DNA from: an uncultured Bacilli bacterium
Lineage (GTDB): Bacteria; Bacillota_I; Bacilli_A; RFN20; CAG-826
Direction of reading: 5' to 3'
Assembly: GCA_944358985.1 (NCBI GenBank)
Contig: CALVSI010000004.1
Coordinates: forward strand, 28,102-92,101
DNA: 64,000 bases
Made by a program: the position numbers and the translations under genes. This document shows, piece after piece, positions 52,270 to 59,206 of the stretch. The notes under the pieces were generated by a model that saw only the letters and a program-made list of their open reading frames with translations, had not been told where the DNA came from and ran no database searches. Position 1 is the first letter of the stretch. Every line of letters starts with the position of its first letter.

Positions 52270-52400
52270 TCCTTTTAAATAAAAAACGGGGCATAAGTGC
52301 ACCCGTTAAATTTTAAAATATTAATTTAAGCAGCATTTTGCCAATCAATATATTTCGATCTGGCGAGAAGCGGGTGCCTCTTCTTTCTACCTCATTTCCG
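52270..52400 (-). promoter_or_regulatory. L20-leader-like transcription attenuator upstream of infC
   Basis: Terminator hairpin plus U-run (plus-strand 52281-52307) lies about 12 nt before the Shine-Dalgarno sequence. An upstream GCACCCG (52371-52377) can pair with the terminator 5' arm (52299-52305). Confidence 0.5.
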
Positions 52401-52441
52401 TTTAATACAATATCAAAAATATTGATTAATATCAAGAAGTT

Positions 52442-54214
52442 TTATTTATTTTTATAATGTTTTTTATTTTTAATGTCTTCGGTTAATATTTGAACAAATT
52501 CATCTACACTTACAGTATGACTTTCTTTAAAAGAATATCTTCTAAAAGTGACTTGATTTTCTTTTACTTCATTATCGCCAATAACTATAGTTAATGGTAT
52601 TTTTTTAACTTGCGAATTTCTTAGACGATAAGACAATTTTTCATTTGAATCATCTAAATTAACTCTAAATCCTAAGTTTTTTAGTTTTTTGGTTAATTGT
52701 TTACAATAGTCAAGATGATAATTATTATTAACTGGTAAAATATCTACTTGAATTGGCGCTAGCCAAGCTGGAAAAGCACCGCCATAATGTTCAATTAATA
52801 TTCCAATAAATCTTTCTAAAGATCCAAGACAAGCACGATGGAGCATAATTGGCTCAACTTTTTCGCCATTTTCATCGATGTATGACATCTCGAATCGATG
52901 TGGCAAATTCATATCTAACTGAATTGTTCCACATTGCCAAATTCTACCCATAGAATCTTTTAATTTAAAATCTAATTTCGGACCATAAAATGCACCATCA
53001 CCTGGATTGATTTTATATTCTTTTCCACTTGAAATTAATGCTTGTTTTAATATTTCTTCGCTTTCGTTCCAAATTTCTATATCACCGATGTAGTCTTTTT
53101 CTGGTCGAGTGGAAAGTTCAATATGATATGGAAGTTCGAATACTTTATACATATCATCAAAAAATTTTAATAAGGTATTAATTTCACTTAATAGTTGATC
53201 TCTTCGACAATAGATATGTGCATCATCTTGAGTAAATGTTCTCACTCTAAATAATCCGTTAAGAGCGCCACTTGCTTCATGACGATGGACTTTTCCTAGT
53301 TCCGCCATACGGATAGGTAAATCGCGATAAGAATGCATTTCATTTTTATACACTAAAATTGAACCAGGGCAATTCATTGGCTTAACAGCAAAATCTTTAC
53401 CATCAATTTTTAAGGTGTACATATTGTCGCGATAATGGTCCCAATGTCCTGACGTTTCCCAAAGTTCACGAGATAAAATAATTGGAGTTTCAATAAATTG
53501 ATAATCATATTTTCGATGTTGTTCATGCCAAAAATCCACTAATGAATTTTTAATTATCATTCCGTTATTAAGCCAAAATGGAAAACCAGGACCAAATTCG
53601 GAAATCATAAACAAATTTAATTGTTTTCCTAATAAACGATGGTCGTTTCTTTTTCTTTCTTCGAGAATATTTAAATAATCATCTAAATCTTGTCTATTAA
53701 AATATGATGTTCCATATATACGGGTCAACATCTTGTTTTTAGAATCGCCACGCCAATACGCACCAGCAATAGATAATAATTTAAAATGTCGAATTAATTC
53801 AGTTGAAAGAAGATGTGGTCCAGCACATAAATCAATAAAGTCGCCTTGTCTAAAAATAGTAATCATTCCTTCAATTTCGTTTATTAATTCAATTTTATAA
53901 GGATTATCTTTGAATATTTTTAATGCTTGTTTTTTATTAACTTCTTCGCGAATAATTTTTTCATTTGTTTTAGCTATTTCAAGCATCTTCTTTTCAATAT
54001 TAATTAAATCAGCGTCACTGATAGGCTCTTTAAAATCAATATCATAATAAAATCCTTCTTCAATCGCGGGTCCAAATCCAAATTTTGCATCAGGATATAA
54101 AATTGAAACCGCTTGGGCTAGAAGATGAGAAGTGGAGTGATTTAAAACTTCAAAAGCTTCGTGACTGTCTTTTTTAATTTCAAGAATTTCTCCTTTTTGA
54201 TTAATGATTTTCAT
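52442..54214 (-). CDS. thrS: Threonyl-tRNA synthetase (N-terminal TGS domain absent)
   Basis: Editing-domain HSTSHLLAQA, a class II core and an anticodon-binding domain. 590 aa with only about 25 aa before the editing domain. Confidence 0.95.
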   Translation of the reverse strand: MKIINQKGEILEIKKDSHEAFEVLNHSTSHLLAQAVSILYPDAKFGFGPAIEEGFYYDIDFKEPISDADLINIEKKMLEIAKTNEKIIREEVNKKQALKIFKDNPYKIELINEIEGMITIFRQGDFIDLCAGPHLLSTELIRHFKLLSIAGAYWRGDSKNKMLTRIYGTSYFNRQDLDDYLNILEERKRNDHRLLGKQLNLFMISEFGPGFPFWLNNGMIIKNSLVDFWHEQHRKYDYQFIETPIILSRELWETSGHWDHYRDNMYTLKIDGKDFAVKPMNCPGSILVYKNEMHSYRDLPIRMAELGKVHRHEASGALNGLFRVRTFTQDDAHIYCRRDQLLSEINTLLKFFDDMYKVFELPYHIELSTRPEKDYIGDIEIWNESEEILKQALISSGKEYKINPGDGAFYGPKLDFKLKDSMGRIWQCGTIQLDMNLPHRFEMSYIDENGEKVEPIMLHRACLGSLERFIGILIEHYGGAFPAWLAPIQVDILPVNNNYHLDYCKQLTKKLKNLGFRVNLDDSNEKLSYRLRNSQVKKIPLTIVIGDNEVKENQVTFRRYSFKESHTVSVDEFVQILTEDIKNKKHYKNK

Positions 54215-54440
54215 AAATACCTCCTAAATAAAATAAAAAAGGTTTCCCTAAGGACGCATATATGCGCGGTACCACCTTTATTTGTAATAACTTTTATTAC
54301 ACACTTAATTTCCTTTAACGACAGGTACGCTTAATTTCTTAAGAGACTAAAAAGTGGTATTAACTAGACTATCTATTAAATCTTCCACCAAATGATTTAT
54401 TCTCTATCTAAAATCATCTAGTTAACATGTCTTTTATTAT
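54215..54440 (-). promoter_or_regulatory. T-box leader, Thr specifier (ACC)
   Basis: Minus strand carries AAAGGTGGTACCGCG (T-box; plus-strand 54265-54276), AGAGA, a distal-loop GGTGGAAG, a specifier loop AATACCAC (ACC at 54356-54358), an F-box-like GTCGTTA, and a U-run before the Shine-Dalgarno sequence. Confidence 0.85.
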
Positions 54441-54449
54441 TGTCTAATA

Positions 54450-55409
54450 TTACGCTAATAAATCGATAAGATGAATTAGTGGTTTATGAATGTCTCTTTC
54501 CATATTGAGAGCTTGCTCAATTGGAAGGTCGACAATGGTGTTTTTCTTCATGCCAACAACACGACCAGAAATATCGTTTGCTAACAATTCAACTGCTGCA
54601 GCACCAAATCTTGAAGCGAGAATTCTATCTTCTGCTGATGGTGTGCCGCCTCTTTGCAAACGACCAAGTATTTCAGCTTTGGCTTCAAATCCAGTATGTT
54701 CGCTAACGCGTTTAGCAAACTCATTAACATCCATTAAATTCTCACTTACTATAACAATAGCGTGACTTTTTTCTTTATCATGCATTGTTTTTAATTTATC
54801 AAAAATAACTTGTTCGTTTAATTGATGGTCATAAGTGATTGTAAGTTCAGCAGCTTCTGCAATACCAGCAAAGATAGCAAGATCGCCACAATGACGCCCC
54901 ATGACTTCGATGATACTACAACGTTGATGGCTAGATGAAGTATCTTTAATTTTATCAACGCAATCGCATATTGTATTTAAAGCAGTGTCAAACCCGATTG
55001 TTTTGTCAGTACTTGCAACGTCATTATCAATTGTTCCAGGTATACCGATAACTGGATAACCTAATTTTGATAAAGCTAGCAAGCCTTTATAAGTACCATC
55101 ACCGCCAATACCAATCAGTGCATCAATATCATTATCTTTTAAATTTTGAATAGCTCTTTTTTGATACTCAACATTTGCAAACTCAGGTAGACGGCTTGTC
55201 AAAATAATTGTTCCGCCTCGATTAATAATATCTTGAGTAAATTTTTTATCGACTTTTTTAATGTTGTTTTCACATAGACCTTTATACCCATCATATACAA
55301 CATAAGGTTCTATACCATGAGCAATACAAGCACGGATAACAGCACGGACACAAGCATTCATTCCAGGTGCATCGCCGCCGCTTGTTAAGACTGCAATTTT
55401 TTTAACCAT
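54450..55409 (-). CDS. pfkA: ATP-dependent 6-phosphofructokinase
   Basis: MVKKIAVLTSGGDAPGMN, with GGDGT and PGTIDND (Gly at both ATP-type diagnostic positions). Start at ATG 55409, after AAGGGA. The upstream 33 codons are judged spurious. Confidence 0.93.
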   Translation of the reverse strand: MVKKIAVLTSGGDAPGMNACVRAVIRACIAHGIEPYVVYDGYKGLCENNIKKVDKKFTQDIINRGGTIILTSRLPEFANVEYQKRAIQNLKDNDIDALIGIGGDGTYKGLLALSKLGYPVIGIPGTIDNDVASTDKTIGFDTALNTICDCVDKIKDTSSSHQRCSIIEVMGRHCGDLAIFAGIAEAAELTITYDHQLNEQVIFDKLKTMHDKEKSHAIVIVSENLMDVNEFAKRVSEHTGFEAKAEILGRLQRGGTPSAEDRILASRFGAAAVELLANDISGRVVGMKKNTIVDLPIEQALNMERDIHKPLIHLIDLLA

Positions 55410-55498
55410 AATTTTTCCCTTTCCTATAACGTTTATAAATATACCACAAATATTTAAACTTTTAGATATTTTTTTAAAATATCTTAAATTTTTTTTCT

Positions 55499-55583
55499 TT
55501 TTCCACATTTTTTATCTGTTGCTTTATTGTTTATTAAGTCCCAGCGTTATTTTTTTAAATTGGATATTTTCCACATTTCCACA
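55499..55583 (+). promoter_or_regulatory. Cluster of three DnaA-box-like 9-mers (TTTTCCACA x2, ATTTCCACA)
   Basis: Copies at 55499-55507, 55567-55575 and 55575-55583, all in the same orientation, in the pfkA/dnaB intergenic region. Each has one or two mismatches to TTATCCACA. Confidence 0.5.
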
Positions 55584-55618
55584 TTATTTATTTAATGTTA
55601 TAAATTTATAAATTTATT

Positions 55619-55627
55619 TGCTATAAT
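55619..55627 (+). promoter_or_regulatory. Extended -10 TGCTATAAT upstream of dnaB
   Basis: TGnTATAAT lies 22 nt upstream of ATG 55650. An AAGGA Shine-Dalgarno sequence lies between them. Confidence 0.5.
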
Positions 55628-55649
55628 AGGCAAAGTAAAAAGGATAGTT

Positions 55650-56954
55650 ATGGAAATATTGTCAAAAGATGATACTTACTCAGTGGAATATGGTTCTTTG
55701 ATATCCAATTTAGATTGCAGTTTAGTTTTAGATTTATATATGCCTATTATTGGTTATGAAGCTGCTATTGTTTATTTTATTTTAGAAAATGAAGCAAAAA
55801 AGAATACTGTTTTTAAGGAAAAAAGTTTATATGATTTAACTATATTAAGTGGTCTATCTCTTGGCTCTTTTGCACAAAATAAAGAAAAATTAGAAGCTAT
55901 CGGATTAATACAAACATTAAAAAAGCATCAACAAAATAACAATGCCTTTATTTTTTATGTTTACGCTCCTAAAGATCCAAAGGATTTTTTTGATGACGTA
56001 TTACTAACTGGATTATTAGAAAATAAAATCGGAAAAAGACAAATACAAATTATTAAAAAATATTATCAAAAAAATAAGCTCCTTGATAATGATTATGTTG
56101 ATACATCCGCTCATTTTGGAGAAGTTTTTAAACCAAACTATGTAAGAGATTTTCAAACCGGAATTATAAAAGAAGATTTGTTTTCACATAGAAACAATAA
56201 TATTGAATTAACTTTTGATTACGATGAATTCATTCAAAATATAGTTAACAATAGCCAAATATCTAAAACAATTTTTACTAAAGATATCTTAAAAGAAATC
56301 AAAAGATTGGCGAATTTATACGGAATGAATGAACAAACTTGCGCTAGATATGTTATTGAATGTTTTAACCCGCTTTCGGAAGAAAAAATTAATTTTGATA
56401 AATTGAATCGTTTATTTCAAAAAAATATCAAATTTCCTATTTTTTATGAAAACAATAAAACTGATAATTTAGAAAAAAATCTTATTTCATCAAATTCAAA
56501 ATTAGCGCAAAAAATAAATTTAATGGAAACGCTTTCTTGTAAAGATTTTTTAACAATTTTGCAAAATAATGTTAGTCCAGTTCAAAGCGATTTAAATTTA
56601 ATTGATGATTTAAGTCGCAATTTGCAGTTAAGGCCTTGCGTTATAAATGCTCTTATTGATTATACTTTACAAAAAAATAGTAATGTTTTATCCCGAGCGT
56701 ATGTTGAAAAAATTGGTGCTTCTTTAAAAAGAGAAAAAATTGAAACTGCTTATGATGCGATGGTATTTTTACTTGAAAGCAATAAAAAAACTAAAAAGAA
56801 AAAACAATATAATAGTAATAAAGAAACAAGTATATCCAATGAAGTAACAAATAATAATTTAACAAAAACTAATGATAAAAATGATGACATGCTTAAAAAG
56901 CAGTGGACAGAATTGATGAAAGAATTTGATAAAGGTGATGCAAACAATGAATAA
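55650..56954 (+). CDS. dnaB: Bacillus-type DnaB replication initiation/helicase-loading protein (DnaD-like domains; not the replicative helicase)
   Basis: 434 aa, immediately upstream of dnaI and overlapping it. N-terminal winged-helix-like and DnaD-like repeats. Basic/acidic C-tail. Confidence 0.7.
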   Translation: MEILSKDDTYSVEYGSLISNLDCSLVLDLYMPIIGYEAAIVYFILENEAKKNTVFKEKSLYDLTILSGLSLGSFAQNKEKLEAIGLIQTLKKHQQNNNAFIFYVYAPKDPKDFFDDVLLTGLLENKIGKRQIQIIKKYYQKNKLLDNDYVDTSAHFGEVFKPNYVRDFQTGIIKEDLFSHRNNNIELTFDYDEFIQNIVNNSQISKTIFTKDILKEIKRLANLYGMNEQTCARYVIECFNPLSEEKINFDKLNRLFQKNIKFPIFYENNKTDNLEKNLISSNSKLAQKINLMETLSCKDFLTILQNNVSPVQSDLNLIDDLSRNLQLRPCVINALIDYTLQKNSNVLSRAYVEKIGASLKREKIETAYDAMVFLLESNKKTKKKKQYNSNKETSISNEVTNNNLTKTNDKNDDMLKKQWTELMKEFDKGDANNE

Positions 56955-57837
56955 GCTAGATTTGAACTTAAAATTAGATGATGATCAAAAAATTCTAGAT
57001 GAAATGTATCAAAAATATTTATCATGCCCTGAAGCGATTGATTATATGAAAAAAAATAATATAGATGATGAAATTGTTAAAAAATATATCGTTAGAGTAA
57101 ATGATTTTGTTGATGATTTAATATATTGTAAGAATTGTAAAGGTGCAAAATTTTGTCAAAAAGATAATCCACTGACAATTCGAAATATCGTTTATAGAAA
57201 TGGTGTTATCTCTTTAAATTTAACCCCTTGTAGAGTGCTGGAAGAAAAATTTAAAATTGAAAATAAATTTTATATTAAAGATATTCCTGATGATTATTTA
57301 AATCGCACATTAAAAAGTGTTGATTTTAATTCTTTAAGATATCCTTTGATGCAACAGTTTAGTAATTTTTTAAATAAAAATGATTCGCAATGGATTTATA
57401 TTAAAGGTGTTTTAGGAACTGGAAAGACTTTTTTAGCTAGTGCTTTTATTAATCAAATAAGTCAAACAAAAGATATGACAATTTCATTTTTAGATTGTTC
57501 AATTCGCTTTAAAGAACTTAATGATTTGTCTTATCAAGATAAAGAAGAATTTAATCGTTTGATGGATAATATTTGTAATTGCGATATTTTAGTTTTGGAT
57601 AATTTTGGAAACGAATATAAAAATGATTTTATTCGCGACGGGATATTATTTAATATAATTTCTCGCCGTTTATCGAATAAAAAATTAACGATTTTTACTA
57701 GTGAATTTACTATTAATGAAATCGAAAAATTATATTCTTTTACTAAAGCAGGAGAAATACGCAGCAAACAACTAACAAATATGATAAGAAGAGGTTGCCA
57801 AAAAGAATTTAATTTAGGCGATCTTTCAATTTATTAA
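56947..57837 (+). CDS. dnaI: Primosomal helicase loader DnaI
   Basis: N-terminal zinc module CKNCKGAKFC...C, Walker A GVLGTGKTFLA, Walker B ILVLDNFG. Start at ATG 56947, after AAGGTGA. Confidence 0.88.
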   Translation: MNKLDLNLKLDDDQKILDEMYQKYLSCPEAIDYMKKNNIDDEIVKKYIVRVNDFVDDLIYCKNCKGAKFCQKDNPLTIRNIVYRNGVISLNLTPCRVLEEKFKIENKFYIKDIPDDYLNRTLKSVDFNSLRYPLMQQFSNFLNKNDSQWIYIKGVLGTGKTFLASAFINQISQTKDMTISFLDCSIRFKELNDLSYQDKEEFNRLMDNICNCDILVLDNFGNEYKNDFIRDGILFNIISRRLSNKKLTIFTSEFTINEIEKLYSFTKAGEIRSKQLTNMIRRGCQKEFNLGDLSIY

Positions 57838-59194
57838 TTATTGTTATTACATTTTGTTTTAATTTATTTATATTACCATTATTTTCAATAATAAAATCTG
57901 CATCGTCTTCTTTAATAATATTGTTTTTATTTATGCTTAATAAAAATTGATAGTTATCAGGATTTCTTTTTTGCAAATATTCTTTTTGTTTATTGGATTT
58001 AACTAAAATTATTATATCAAATATATCTTCCATTTTTGCCGTATATAGCAGTGGAATTTCAAATACCTTATTTTCTTTGGTACTTTTTTTAATTATTTTT
58101 AAACATTCTTGCTTTACTTTTGGATGTATTAAACGATTTAATTTATTTACATAGAGAGGATTGCTTAATATTTTTTCTTTGATTTTTGCCTTATTGATAT
58201 AATCATCATCTGAATCAAAAATCTTATTCACCTCATTTATTATTTTTTTGTCTTCGTATAATGTTTTTACGATTTCATCCGCATTAAAAGTCAAGCATCC
58301 ATATTCTTTAAAAAGATTTAATATTGTTGATTTTCCAACACCAACTTCACCATAAATTGCAATGTTATATGAATCATTTTTATAAGGTTGACAATTTGGA
58401 CAAAAACTAGAGCCTCTTCCATTGACTTTAATTTTTCGAATATTTCTTTGACAATTTGGACATTTTTGATTTTTTTTGTCATATATTTGTAATAAATTTT
58501 GAAAGCGCCCATCAACTCCTTTACTTGGGTGATAAGATTTAATTGTACTTCCGCCTAAATTTATTGCTTTATTTAATATCTCATCTGCATTTTTAATTAA
58601 ACGATTTAATTCATTATAAGAAATATATTTGGCTTTTGTTTTTGGATTTATATTGCTTTTAAATAAAGTTTCATCGACATAAATATTTCCAAGTCCAGCG
58701 ACATTTTTTTGATCGAGCAAAAAAGTTTTTATACACTCATTGCTGTTTTTAGACTTTTCAAATAGCAAATCGACATTTATATCTTTTGGTTCGTTTGCGA
58801 TATTTTTTAATAATTCATCATCTTTGTAACAATTTTTATAAGAAAGTTTTAATAAGCCAAAACATCTTAAATCATCATAAATTAAAACATTGCCATCCGA
58901 TAAAGAAAAAATAACTTTTGCATATTTTGTTATCTCACCTTTTTTTAAAATATAAAATTTACCTTCCATTCGAAGATGAGAAATTATTATTTTTTCATTA
59001 GTAAGATGGAAAATTAAAAATTTACCAATTCTTGTTATATCGACAATTTTTTCATTAGTTAACTCTTTTTTAAAAACATCGCTTTCTCCGATAATAGTGT
59101 TTTTATATAAAACCTCTATATTAGTGATCGTTAAATTTTTAAGATGGGGTAACAATGTATTTTTAATTGTTTCTACTTCGGGTAATTCTGGCAT
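57809..59194 (-). CDS. Fusion protein: formamidopyrimidine-DNA glycosylase (Fpg/MutM) joined to dephospho-CoA kinase (CoaE)
   Basis: N-terminal MPELPEVE and zinc finger CPNC-x16-CPNC, then a PYKNDS linker, then a CoaE-like P-loop IAIYGEVGVGKST and fold. The junction is at about 58370-58385. Confidence 0.85.
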   Translation of the reverse strand: MPELPEVETIKNTLLPHLKNLTITNIEVLYKNTIIGESDVFKKELTNEKIVDITRIGKFLIFHLTNEKIIISHLRMEGKFYILKKGEITKYAKVIFSLSDGNVLIYDDLRCFGLLKLSYKNCYKDDELLKNIANEPKDINVDLLFEKSKNSNECIKTFLLDQKNVAGLGNIYVDETLFKSNINPKTKAKYISYNELNRLIKNADEILNKAINLGGSTIKSYHPSKGVDGRFQNLLQIYDKKNQKCPNCQRNIRKIKVNGRGSSFCPNCQPYKNDSYNIAIYGEVGVGKSTILNLFKEYGCLTFNADEIVKTLYEDKKIINEVNKIFDSDDDYINKAKIKEKILSNPLYVNKLNRLIHPKVKQECLKIIKKSTKENKVFEIPLLYTAKMEDIFDIIILVKSNKQKEYLQKRNPDNYQFLLSINKNNIIKEDDADFIIENNGNINKLKQNVITIINKLKDRLN

Positions 59195-59206
59195 ATTTTT
59201 TCTCTC

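Noticed and set aside
54490-54765. Plus-strand ORFs of 91 and 61 aa within pfkA.
   Set aside because: They are antisense to a highly conserved PFK. The Ala/Ser/Pro-rich translations are typical of reverse frames of Gly/Ala-rich enzyme cores.
55410-55508. 33-codon N-terminal extension of the pfkA ORF.
   Set aside because: The canonical PFK N-terminus MVKKIAVLTSGGD with AAGGGA begins at 55409. The extension is Lys-rich, unconserved-looking, and overlaps the DnaA-box-like motif region.
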